The notes: generated from the sequence alone by a model not told the origin. A stretch of 64,000 bases of DNA from Alphaproteobacteria bacterium (GCA_038131935.1 JAYPQH010000010.1:1-64000); one strand, 5' to 3'; positions 12,130 through 22,614 are shown, numbered from the stretch's first letter. Numbers and translations are program-made.

Positions 12130-12879
12130 TTATCTCCCTAAATAGACTTCAATAACTTTTTCATCATGGATGACATGATCTATTGACCCCTCTGAAAGGA
12201 CAGATCCTTCATGCAGAACGGTGACGCGACAATTGAGGCGACGCACAAATTCCATATCGTGCTCGACCACCACAATGGAGCGTGATTTGGCAGCATGTTT
12301 TAGAATATCGGTGGTTCGCTCTCGCTCTTCTGTTGTCATACCTGCTGCGGGTTCATCGACCAAAAGCAATTCGGGATCCTGAGCGAGTAGCATGCCTATT
12401 TCAAGCCATTGTTTCTGACCATGTGAAAGTTCTCCTGCTATCCGATGTAAGTGTTGTTCGAGGCCAACCTGTTCTGCCAAGTCATGTATTTTTTGGGTGT
12501 CTTTAGATTTTTGCTGAGAGAAGAGGACTGCAAAACCAGAACGATTGTTTTTAAACGCAAGAAGAAGGTTTTCAAAAACAGACTGCTGCTCGAAAACCGT
12601 GGGTCTTTGAAATTTTCGTCCTATACCTGATCGGGCGATAACATCTTCAGAAAGTTTCGTAAGATCGATACCACGGGCACCAAACCTCACCATTCCCTCA
12701 TCTGGCCTGGTTTTGCCCGTGATGATGTCCATCATGGTGGTCTTTCCTGCGCCATTTGGGCCAATGACAGCCCTTAGTTCACGATTGCCTATTACAAAGG
12801 ACAGGGCGTTGATGGCTCGGAAACCGTCAAACGATACAGATACGGCGTCTAGTTGTAATAAAGTTTCTGTTCTCGTCAT
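12130..12879 (-). CDS. urtD: Urea ABC transporter ATPase
   Basis: GPNGAGKTTMMDIITGKTRPD, LSHGQKQWLEIGMLL, VIEVYLGR. Confidence 0.95.
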   Translation of the reverse strand: MTRTETLLQLDAVSVSFDGFRAINALSFVIGNRELRAVIGPNGAGKTTMMDIITGKTRPDEGMVRFGARGIDLTKLSEDVIARSGIGRKFQRPTVFEQQSVFENLLLAFKNNRSGFAVLFSQQKSKDTQKIHDLAEQVGLEQHLHRIAGELSHGQKQWLEIGMLLAQDPELLLVDEPAAGMTTEERERTTDILKHAAKSRSIVVVEHDMEFVRRLNCRVTVLHEGSVLSEGSIDHVIHDEKVIEVYLGR

Positions 12880-14046
12880 GACTGCCTCCGGATGAAAAAG
12901 CGATCTATTAACCCACCAAGACCTTTGGGCGCGTATAGGGTAACGATAACGAAACCAAAGCCTAATAAGACCAGCCACCAATCTACCCACTCAACAACGT
13001 AAAAACCTAAATTGAGGCTTGGTGCCTGTCCGCCTGTAAACCAACTGGACAATAATGAAACAAATGTTGCTCCAATAACAGCACCATAAAGCCTTCCGCG
13101 GCCACCAATAGCAACCCAAACAACGAGATAAATTGATGCAATAGGTGCCATTTCTGCAGGATTTATAATGCCCGCTTGAGGGTAGTAGAGTGCCCCAGCA
13201 ATGGCGGTTATTACAGCAGAGAACACAAAAACTATCAGTTTGTAATTCTCAACTTTATATCCAAGATAACGCAATCTACTCTCATTATCTCGAATGGCGC
13301 GTATGGCATTTCCAAATTTTCCTGAGACGAACCATAAAGATAGAATGTAGGTAAGTGCCAAGCTTAATGCAGAGATCAAAAAGAAAGAGATTGATATGTC
13401 AGCTTGGGGAATATCCTCGAAGCCAGGGATATTTTGCAGGCCAGATAGGCCGTTATTACCTCGTAACCCACTATCATTTTGGAATAAATATAATGACAGA
13501 GCGAGCGTCATGGCTTGAGTAAGAATAGAAAGGTAAACCCCTGTTACGCGTGATCGAAAAGCGAGCCAGCCAAAAATTAAGGCAAGAAGACCCGGGATGA
13601 GGACAATTAATAAGAGTTGGACGGTGAAGCTGTCAGCAAAATACCAAATCACAGGAATATCTGACCTCGCCTACCACCCCAAAAATTTGAGTGCCGATAG
13701 CCTGTTGAATTTCTTGATCTGTTGGGGGAAGTGGGTTGTTATGAAGAGATTCTATAACCAAATTTTCTGTGCGCTCGAACATTAACCACATGCCAATCAT
13801 GTAGCCACCAAGTCCAAAGAAAGCAAAATGTCCAAGTGATAGGATTCCGCAATAACCCCATACCAAATCGAGAGCGATGGCTGCTATGCACAAACAGAGT
13901 GTTTTTCCCAAGGTTTTGATAAAGCTCGCTGAAAAAAATCCTACCCCGAGGCTCTCGGAAAGGATGGTAACAATGAGCGTTACCAACGACAATCCAGCAA
14001 TCATCAAAAAGACCGAAGGATGGGACAAGATAGGCTTGTTGTTCAT
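12876..14046 (-). CDS. urtC: Urea ABC transporter permease; frameshift near 13650-13680
   Basis: DLVWGYCGILSLGH, FRSRVTGVYLSILTQA, YYPQAGIINP, WVAIGGRG. Confidence 0.92.
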
Positions 14047-14049
14047 AAC

Positions 14050-16017
14050 TCAATCCTCTGCCGCACGACCTTTGAGGGCGATAATGCCTTTGGGTCTGAA
14101 CTGAATAAAAATAATGATGAAAATGATCATGTATGTTTGTGCTGCCAATGTGTTGGAAGGGTAGAGCCACTCGATGGCTTTCTGCACGCCACCAATCATA
14201 CCAGCACCTGCCATGGTGCCCCAGATATTGCCCACACCACCAACAACAACAGTCATGAAACTTTGTACGATGTATGCAGAACCAATTTCGATGTTACCTG
14301 AGCAAACAAACCAATGGCAATTCCTGCTATTCCAGCAATGCCAGAGCCAAGACCAAAGGTTAGCATATTTACCTTTTCAGGGTTGATGCCGACGGATGAT
14401 GCCATCCGTGCATTTTGTGTCACGGCACGGACTTCTAGTCCAAACCTCGTGCGTTTTAGTACATAAATGAGAATGGCTAAGAACAGCAGTGCAAGAAAGA
14501 AAATAGCTATTCTTATCAGTGAAATTGACACAACATCATTTACAATCAGTGCACCATCCAACCAATCTGGTGCGGTTAAAGGCCTGGCTTGGGTACCAAA
14601 AATATTTTTAGCCAACTGTTGAAGAGCGATTGATATACCAAAAGTTGCAAGTAATGTTTCAAGTGGCCTTTGGCGGAGATGTCTTATGACGCTGCGTTCT
14701 AGGAGAACACCGGCACAGAATGTAATACAGAAGGCCAGAGGAATAGCCACAAGAAGTGCGATCGTGTAATCGGGGATGATCTGCTGGACAACATAGCCAG
14801 TGTACGCACCAATCATAATAAATTCGCCATGGGCCATGTTGATGATGCCCATAACCCCAAAGGTGATAGCAAGACCAATGGCTGCCAAAAAATAAATTGA
14901 GGCTAGAGATAAGGAATCAAGCAGTAGGTCAAAAGCCTTATAAAAACCAACTTTCTGATTAATATCTTTAAGGGCTGCTTCTGCAGCAGAAGTAACTGCA
15001 CTATCTTTTCAATATATATCTCGAAAAATTTATATGCTGTAAAAAGTTTTGCCGTAGCTGCTGGGTAGTAAATTCATTGGGGGCTAAACCCGCAGCGACC
15101 AAATTTGTATAGGCCCTATCTCGCATATTTTGTTGGTTTAACAAGGAGACAGGAATATCGGCTACTTTACCGTCCTTGATATTATCAATCAAAATTTTAT
15201 TTCGTTCTTCCTTTCCCATCAAACGGGGTTCAAACCCTTTGTCCACCAAAATAGCATAAGCGTCTTCAACGCTGATATCTTGGCCAACGATAAGCTGTTT
15301 TTTGATATTTTTCCCGTCCAGACTCTCTGATGCATTTAAGATAAAGAGCTCTGTCTCAATTAAGGGATTTAAGGTTTGGCGAACATCAACAGATATGTCT
15401 GATGATAGAAATTCAATATTGGTGACGCGTGTCGAACTGTCTTGTCCAAAGCTGATAAGCAATCGTCTTTGTAAACGCTCCATGCGTGCCCGTAGGTTTG
15501 GCTCCGTCTCTGATGCAAGTGCCTCTTGCAAAGGCTCCAGATGCTCTTGAGTAGCATTGCGTTCCAGCTGAGTTAACGCGAGGGCTCGAACAGAAGGGGT
15601 TGTATCTTGCAGCTGAAAACGTACAAGCTCCTGTCGGATCTTTTTGCGAACGCCACTGTTTGGCTTCAATTGTTTAAGTGCTTTGTCGGTCGAAAGTAAT
15701 GGTCCATAAGAACCATCGAATAGCACCAACTGGATTTTGTCGTTGTTTGTAGTTGTCCTGTTATCAATAAAATAAAACCGCTTGTCTGTTTGCAAAAAAT
15801 ATAATTCTTTAGCTTCCCATTTTGCCAATACCTCTGCGGTTTCTGGGGCATTTTCAGAAACCAGTGCATCAAGCACGGAATCCACAGTTCGACTGGATGA
15901 TCTTACCACCAACTTTTCAAATTTTTGTAAAACAAGCTGAGCAGATTTTTGATTGGCCAAGGATATATCTGTCAACAAAACTGGCAATAAGGCCATTATC
16001 AATACAAATAATTGCAT
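14050..16017 (-). CDS. urtB: Urea ABC transporter permease with large N-terminal soluble domain; frameshifts near 14270 and 15000-15050
   Basis: AAIGLAITFGVMGIINMAHGEF, RPLETLLATFG, FIQFRPKGI; N-terminal LKPNSGVR segment. Confidence 0.9.
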
Positions 16018-16086
16018 GGAAAACTCATAAAAATAAAAATGCTGGGGGAGAATCCAGCAGCATGAGCTGCTGCTGGAAAAAATAAC

Positions 16087-17352
16087 TTAGTAGTTCGAAG
16101 TAAGTTGGATGCAGGTTTTGGTCTTTGTGTTGTACATACCGCAACCCAATGATTGCCAATCGGAAACCAACTCAGCTGACTCGGGGAGATAGTCTGTCCA
16201 AGCATCACCTGGAACTTCGGCTGTTTGACTGATAATATCAAATTGCCCGTCTGACTGGATCTCGCCAATAAGGACTGGTTTTTTTAGGTGGTGGTTGGGC
16301 AGCATTTCGGCGGTGCCACCTGTAAGGTTGGGAAATGTTTGACCATACATGGCCTTGCGAACAGCGTCGACGTCAGTTGTGCCGGCTTTTTCAACGGCAT
16401 TAACCCACATGTTAAACCCGATATAGTGAGCTTCCATAGGGTCATTGGTAACCCGGTTAGCCCCCATTTTTGCCTTCCATTTCTTTACAAATGAGGCATT
16501 GGCTTCATTTTTTGATGACTGAAAATAATTCCATGCCGCCAAATGGCCAACGAGGTTGCTTGTATCAAGGCCTGACAATTCTTCTTCACCCACAGAAAAA
16601 GCGACGACGGGTATATCATCTGCCGAAACACCTGCTGCTGCTAATTCCTTGTAGAAGCCGATATTGGCATCGCCATTGATGGTTGATATGACACCAACTT
16701 TTTTTCCATCTGCGCCCAAGGCTACAACATCAGCAACAATTTTTGACCAATCGTTATGACCAAATGGCGTGTAATTCACAAAAATATCGCTAGCAGGAAT
16801 CCCCTTGTCTTTTAGATACTGTTCAAGAATCTTGTTCGTGGTTCTGGGATAAACATAATCGGTTCCCAACAATGCAAACTTCTCGACCCCAAGTTCCTCA
16901 AGGAAATAGTCCGTGGCGGGGATGGCTTGTTGGTTAGGCGCAGCACCCGTGTAAAAGACATTTTTTGAAGATTCTTCTCCCTCGTATTGGACAGGATAAA
17001 ACATCAAGCCATTCAGCTCTTCAAGCACAGGTAATGCAGACTTTCTGGAAACCGATGTCCAAGCGCCAAAAATTACATCAACATTTTGAACCGTTAGCTA
17101 CTCGCGCGTTTTTTCTGCGAACAAGGGCCAGTCTGATGCAGGGTCAACAACGACAGGAACAATTTTCTCACCCAAAAGTCCACCTTTGGCGTTCTGCTCT
17201 TCAATCAGCATCAGCATCGTATCTTTGAGTGTGGTCTCCGATATGGCCATGGTTCCGGAGAGCGAATGTAGAACGCCTACCTTTATATCTGCCAGTGCTG
17301 CAGATAAGCTTGTTGTTAGTGTAAGTGCGGTAATTAAAGCAATTTTTTTCAT
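16087..17352 (-). CDS. urtA: Urea ABC transporter periplasmic binding protein, interrupted by an in-frame TAG at 17098-17100
   Basis: Signal peptide, [58 protein letters not shown]; both ORF pieces share one frame. Confidence 0.93.
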
Positions 17353-17364
17353 GACTTAACTTTC

Positions 17365-17427
17365 GATTACAGGTTGGTTTGAGAAGGGGGGTACTCCTTC
17401 CGCCCCGTTTGAGTACGGGCCGTAATC
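17365..17427 (-). promoter_or_regulatory. Candidate structured cis-regulatory RNA in the urtA leader
   Basis: Outer helix GAUUACGG/CUGUAAUC enclosing hairpins CCCGU/ACGGG and GAAGG/CCUUC, plus complementary GUACUC/GAGUAC; ends 12 nt before the urtA ATG. Confidence 0.5.
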
Positions 17428-17479
17428 ATTAGTTAGGTATCTTGGGTGTTGCTGTCTGCCGCATATTTATCACATAGAT

Positions 17480-17496
17480 GGTGCATGAATTGCACC
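17480..17496. promoter_or_regulatory. Putative LysR recognition site
   Basis: Dyad GGTGCA-TGAAT-TGCACC containing T-N11-A, between divergent urtA and LysR genes. Confidence 0.5.
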
Positions 17497-17508
17497 GGCA
17501 GGGGACAA

Positions 17509-18402
17509 ATGAGGCATTTACAGAGTTTTCGATACTTAAAAAGCATTGTTGAAACAGGTTCAATAAGAGGAGCTGCTGATAATCTTGCAATTTCTCCTTC
17601 TGCACTCAATCGGCATATCCAAACGTTAGAACAAGATATCGATATAAAAATATTTGAAAGATTGACGCATGGTGTTCGTTTGACCCCGGAAGGCGAAATG
17701 TTTTTTGCATACGCTCTTGACCAATTATCTGGTTATAAATTGCTCCGCAATGAAATTGCCAATGTTCGTGGGTTGCAAATTGGGAAGATAAATTTTGCAG
17801 TCAGCAAGGATATTATGCTTCAACCAATCTTACCGTTAATAACATTATTTCAAGAAGACTACCAAAATGTTGAGATTGAATTGTTTGTGCTTGATCCCAT
17901 CAGTATGTTTCAATCATTACGTAACGGGGATCTGGATATGGCTTTGTGCGTAAATCCAAATCTACATAGAGGTCTTACAGTTCTGGGTGCAAAAAACACG
18001 CCAATACAATCATTTATTCCTAATGGGGTTCCTATTTCAAAGTCAGGTATCATGAGGATGTATGAATTGAACGGTATTAGAGTGGCCATGCCACCTCTCG
18101 AGTCAGAGACGGCGCAACGTGTGGTTGCTGGGTGTGAAAGGTCTCATATTGATATTAAGATATCCTATTCAGGGCCTAATATTGCTGAGTACTTGGCCCA
18201 TAGTTCGTTTCCAGTTAGTGGCTGTTTCATGGTATTGGATGGTGGAAAGGAGCCCTATCAAATATCTGGATACAAACGAGTGGCTCTTGATGAAAAAGAA
18301 ATTGGTAGTTGCACCATGACCGTATTAGCCAATGATGAAAAAAGGCTAACAAGACCAGGGCATCGTTTTCTCCGTTTGCTGTTGGCAGCACTAGAGTCAT
18401 AA
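17509..18402 (+). CDS. LysR-family transcriptional regulator
   Basis: N-terminal HTH GSIRGAADNLAISPSALNRHIQTLEQ...FERLTHGVRLTPEG; about 297 aa. Confidence 0.93.
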   Translation: MRHLQSFRYLKSIVETGSIRGAADNLAISPSALNRHIQTLEQDIDIKIFERLTHGVRLTPEGEMFFAYALDQLSGYKLLRNEIANVRGLQIGKINFAVSKDIMLQPILPLITLFQEDYQNVEIELFVLDPISMFQSLRNGDLDMALCVNPNLHRGLTVLGAKNTPIQSFIPNGVPISKSGIMRMYELNGIRVAMPPLESETAQRVVAGCERSHIDIKISYSGPNIAEYLAHSSFPVSGCFMVLDGGKEPYQISGYKRVALDEKEIGSCTMTVLANDEKRLTRPGHRFLRLLLAALES

Positions 18403-18456
18403 AACTATGGATGGGTGGTGAGGTATTTTGTATCACATAGAATATGGATTTAGCCT

Positions 18457-19764
18457 ATGGCAAAGACACTAACCACTTCGCTTCAACCGGCGCAAAAGGC
18501 ACGTGTTAAAAATTGGGCAAAAGCACAAATCATTGAGCGCGCTTCAATTTTTCAAATGTCACCAGATGCTCTTTTTCATTATTTGCATAAAGAAGCAGAG
18601 ATGAATCCCTTTCTTAATTGGAAGCCAACGCATGCGGTATATCCCTATTCAGAATTTCAAAAGCATGAAGACAGTTTTTGGGTGCAACTCGCCAAACAAA
18701 TTGACGAGAATCTTTCAGATGCGCATGAGCGATCATGCGCACATCTTTTGCTTGAAGAGCTTGATAGCACAGGGCGGCTTGAAAAAAATGCACTGCCGAT
18801 GGTGGTGGCTCGTGGGTTTCCAGAGGGTTTTGTTAAAAAAGTCATTGAAAAATTGCAGCGTTTTGAGCCTGCGGGTGTGTTCGCACTTAGCGTTGCCAAC
18901 CAGTATCAACTTCAGCTTCTCGCAGCAGGGTTTCGTAAAACAGACTTATGTTACAAATTAACGATGTATTGGGACGTCTTGCTTGCAAAAGGTCTTCGCC
19001 ATGTTTCTATTGAACTGCATGAGGGTGTAGAAGATTGTCGTAACGCGCTGCAATTATTGGTTCGCCATGGCGGACCACTGCAAATAGAGCCTCAGGAGAT
19101 TGGGGTAACATCACAGGAAGTCACTATTTCATCTTTAGACCCTGTAAAAATCACGATAAGAGACGATTGGAGTGATATGGTTTCATTGGATGAAACACTC
19201 AAAGATCAGGCGCATTTTTTTCAAGGTAATGCACAAGAAGCAAAACAGTTATTATTAAAGGCCCGTCGCCTCATAGAATTGGTGCATCAGCGCAAGAAAA
19301 ATATACGTGAAGTTTCTTACCATGCTGCGCGTTTACAAAAAGAATTTTTACAAAGCTCTGCCAATAATCGCCGTGTTTTGAGTATGCAGACATTGGCAAG
19401 CCTTGCTGATGTGTCTTTGTCTACAGTTTCGCGTCTTTGCGACTATCTGGTGCTGTCATTTAATGGACGAAATATTCGGTTGCGTAACCTTATTATGCGT
19501 TCATTGGCGCGAAATGAACAAGGAGATGAGCTTTCATCAGATCAGCTTATTCATTTTCTAAAGAATAAAATTATACATGAACAACACCCATTGAGCGACC
19601 ATCAATTGGCGTACGCACTACAAAAAGAAGGATTTTGTCTCACACAGATGAGTATAGGACGTTACCGAAGGCATTTGCGCATACCAGACTGCCGTGCGCG
19701 GCGTGCATGGGTTCGATATTTGCCTCACGAACCTCGTTACTGGTTAGATGATTTGCGAATGTAA
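18457..19764 (+). CDS. Highly divergent sigma-54 (RpoN)-like protein
   Basis: NPFL, LDSTGRL, LQRFEPAGVFA core-binding motif, QR..I, STVSR HTH, PLSD..LA..L...G.......YR..L.IP....R C-terminal domain; RpoN box degenerate. Confidence 0.8.
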   Translation: MAKTLTTSLQPAQKARVKNWAKAQIIERASIFQMSPDALFHYLHKEAEMNPFLNWKPTHAVYPYSEFQKHEDSFWVQLAKQIDENLSDAHERSCAHLLLEELDSTGRLEKNALPMVVARGFPEGFVKKVIEKLQRFEPAGVFALSVANQYQLQLLAAGFRKTDLCYKLTMYWDVLLAKGLRHVSIELHEGVEDCRNALQLLVRHGGPLQIEPQEIGVTSQEVTISSLDPVKITIRDDWSDMVSLDETLKDQAHFFQGNAQEAKQLLLKARRLIELVHQRKKNIREVSYHAARLQKEFLQSSANNRRVLSMQTLASLADVSLSTVSRLCDYLVLSFNGRNIRLRNLIMRSLARNEQGDELSSDQLIHFLKNKIIHEQHPLSDHQLAYALQKEGFCLTQMSIGRYRRHLRIPDCRARRAWVRYLPHEPRYWLDDLRM

Positions 19765-20285
19765 GACAGGTTGATAAATGCAAAAATGCACGTAGCTGGT
19801 GCAACCACAAATAGCTTTACCGCGAGCCAACCATCATTATCCAACTGTGTTCGGGCAACCTCGTTGATGAGAGCAAGAAAGATAAAAAATATTCCCCATC
19901 GCCATTCTAAATTGCGCCAAACATCTCTTGTTAATACAAACATGTGAGAAAAGAATTTTTTCATGACTTGAAGATTTTTCCAAGCACTGAAAAGAAGACC
20001 AGCTCCAAAGATTAGGTTGGTTATCGTTGGTTGAATTTTTATAAATAAGGGATTGTTAAGAAACACTGTCAAAAGACCCAGTCCAACCACCATGCTGCCT
20101 GCAACGAGTGCAAACAATGGCAGTCGCTTTTGTGTCATGAGTGAAATGATTGTGGCGAGACATGTTGATATTAAATAGACAAGTGTACCGGTGATAATGC
20201 CAAAAAATTTATTTGTAAGAAAAAACAAAACAAGAGGTAAAAAGTCTAAAGAGACGGCTAATAGTGTTTGACTGAGTTTCTTCAC
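19737..20285 (-). CDS. yciB: Inner membrane protein YciB/IspZ (septation protein A family)
   Basis: DFLPLVLFF, FIKIQPT, W..L..RWGIFF, NEVAR. Confidence 0.88.
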   Translation of the reverse strand: MKKLSQTLLAVSLDFLPLVLFFLTNKFFGIITGTLVYLISTCLATIISLMTQKRLPLFALVAGSMVVGLGLLTVFLNNPLFIKIQPTITNLIFGAGLLFSAWKNLQVMKKFFSHMFVLTRDVWRNLEWRWGIFFIFLALINEVARTQLDNDGWLAVKLFVVAPATCIFAFINLSYIRKSSNQ

Positions 20286-21190
20286 AAGACTCTCTCCGTT
20301 TGGCTCTCCCGTGCCCGCACCAATTCTCGATGAAACAGATAGATGCCGCTTGCAATAATAATAGTTGCTCCAACAATGGTGTTTATTTCTGGGACATCAG
20401 TAAAAAAGATATAGCCAAAAAGGATCATGAAAAGTATCTGGGCATACATGTATGGTGCAATTTTAGGTGCCGGAGCCAAACCATGGGCAACTGTAAAGAA
20501 ATAATGCCCGACACCGCCAAACAAGCCAGTTATGGCCAACAAGCACCATGTTACTATTGAGTGGGACCAGTCCCACGCATGCCACGCAAACGGTGCAAAA
20601 ACAATAATGCCACTACACACGGTATACAAAAACGTTGTATTAACGCCTTCTTTTGCTGCAAGCCATCTTGTCGAAATGTTAAAAAAGGATAGGCAAACAG
20701 CTGCTCCAATGGCTAAAAATATGGCCCAATGCATCTCGGTTTGCCAAGGTGAGGTTACAATCAATACCCCAACAAAACCCACAGAAATTGCATAGAACCT
20801 GTACCAACCAATCCATTCGCCTAAGATTGGTCCTGCTAACAATGCTACGATAAAGGGTGTGGCAAAAAATATAGCCATGGTTTGGTCAAGTTGGAGATAG
20901 GCAACGGCCGTAAAGTTAAGAAAAGTTGTGATGGCCATGAGAAGGCTGCGAAAAAGCTGTAAAAAAGGGTGCTGGCTTTTGGCATAATGCCATGTGTTTG
21001 TAACAGTTAAAAAAATAGCCAAAAGCATGGCATGGCTCATAAAGCGTATCCAGACCACTTGCATGGCGGGAACCTCACTACCCAAAGGTGAGCTTGGGTC
21101 CACAAGGATCTTTGCTGTACCGTCAAGGAGGGCAAAACAGATAGCAGCCCCCAACATATAGAGGGCCGCTTTGGTCTCGGGGCGCTTCAT
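20282..21190 (-). CDS. DMT/EamA family transporter
   Basis: About 10 TM segments, QVVWIRF, PILGEWIGW, APYMYAQI. Confidence 0.9.
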   Translation of the reverse strand: MKRPETKAALYMLGAAICFALLDGTAKILVDPSSPLGSEVPAMQVVWIRFMSHAMLLAIFLTVTNTWHYAKSQHPFLQLFRSLLMAITTFLNFTAVAYLQLDQTMAIFFATPFIVALLAGPILGEWIGWYRFYAISVGFVGVLIVTSPWQTEMHWAIFLAIGAAVCLSFFNISTRWLAAKEGVNTTFLYTVCSGIIVFAPFAWHAWDWSHSIVTWCLLAITGLFGGVGHYFFTVAHGLAPAPKIAPYMYAQILFMILFGYIFFTDVPEINTIVGATIIIASGIYLFHRELVRARESQTERVL

Positions 21191-21222
21191 GGATAAGCTT
21201 TCATGTTAAAGGTAGTCGTTTG

Positions 21223-22094
21223 CTACCTAGGAACCTTGTAAGAATTAAGATTGTTCAGTACCCTTTTGAGGGGTAAAATGCTAGCAGCAAATTCGGCAAA
21301 TTGTGGCATGATATCTTGACAAGAAGATTGGGGGCTGAGCGCATTGGCGCAGCTAATGACTCGTTGCGCAAATGCTGTCTCTAATTGCAATTTTTTGTAC
21401 CAGAGCGATGGTGCTGTCTCCACAACCTGATTGATGATTGGTTGAAGACTGTCACAGGCTTCATTGACGCGTTTTAAAAATTTTTTAACCCCGATATCCT
21501 GAAATGTAGAAGGGCATACCCGTTGCGTTATGTCCGACACAATCAAAGGAAAAAGTGTCAGGATATGCAATTGTTGAGGATCTAGTATGCTCAGGGCATA
21601 TTTCACTGAACTTGATGGCCAAAAAGGATAAGATTGCAGAAATGCGAGTGTTCCAAGATGTTGTTCAGGGGTGTCGGAGCGGGATGAATATATTGGGGCC
21701 TTTCTGGTTTGGGAATGTCACTACGCACAAATCCCAGCGCGGTGTCTATGGCTTTAACACTCCGGAAAACGCCATCTTTGTCACGTGCGAATGCTTCTAG
21801 AAAAACCCGCCATCCAAGTGGAGCAGGTTGCATTTTTATGCGTAGTTTTTGATATCTACTGGTGATGTTCTCTCCAATAAACACATCCCGACTTTGTTGG
21901 ACCATATCAACGCTGAAAGGTGCAAAGCCGTTTATGTAAAAGTCAACTTTTCCCGGTAAGGCTTTTGGGATTTGCAAGGATGAGCCTTCCATGACATCAA
22001 TGCCATGATAGGTTTGGCCCGTGGCAGAAGATAGAAAGCCTACCACGAACCAAAATGAAGCGAGCCAACAGATTTTAATGGTCTGTAATCTCAC
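21223..22094 (-). CDS. Hypothetical exported protein (about 290 aa), reconstructed across a frameshift near 21670
   Basis: GTG start then signal-like RLQTIKICWLASFWFVVGFLSSATG; one extra C in the C-run joins it to ORF 21223..21606 (APTPPEQHLGTLAFLQSYPFWPSSSVKYAL). Confidence 0.5.
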
Positions 22095-22610
22095 GTAAAT
22101 TTTCTGCAAAATTTTTCCCGCGCTCTTGATAGTTTGTTGCTGATTTTGGATTCGTGCAACATCTTCATCAGTGAGGGTTCTCACGGCCCTTGCTGGGCTG
22201 CCAACAATCAAGGATCTCGGTGGAAAACTCTTTCCTTCTGTGACAAGGGCACCTGCTCCTACCAGAGATTCCTTCCCAATGACGGCCCTGTTGAGTACTG
22301 TCGCACCCATGCCAATAAGGCTACCATCTTCAATGATGCAGCCATGCAAGATTACACCATGTCCAACAGTAACATTTTGTCCAATGATCAATGGGCATCC
22401 GGGGTCTGTATGAAAAATACAGTTTTCTTGAACATTTGACCCATCGCCAATGGTGATGGGCTCATTGTCGCCGCGAATTTGGCTGCCAAACCAAACATTC
22501 ACATCGAGCCCAAGGGATACGCGCCCAATGATGTGGGTGCCAGGTGCAATATAAATTCGTGTTTTGTCGGCGATAGACGGACGATGTCCGTTCAATTCAT
22601 ATAGTGGCAT
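22075..22610 (-). CDS. Gamma carbonic anhydrase family protein (YrdA/PaaY-like); frameshift near 22145
   Basis: IRGDNEPITIGDGSNVQENCIFHTD, VTVGHGVILHGC; corrected C-terminus KSATNYQERGKNFAENLREITDH*. Confidence 0.9.
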
Positions 22611-22614
22611 GTAA

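Noticed and set aside
17098-17100. Genome-wide amber recoding or pyrrolysine
   Set aside because: TAG acts as a normal stop for ureG, fur and ccmH; only one internal TAG was seen and no pyl genes are present
17365-17427. Assignment of the urtA leader to a known class (guanidine I/II/III, glnA, ANTAR target)
   Set aside because: No ACGR twin loops, no ykkC core, no CGUU/AACG P1 and no A1/G4 hexaloops; kept only as an unclassified candidate
21603-22610. Apparent novel fusion of gamma-carbonic anhydrase to a membrane/exported domain (335-aa ORF)
   Set aside because: One extra A in the run near 22145 restores a normal gamma-CA C-terminus ending at 22075, and the second half has its own GTG start and signal peptide
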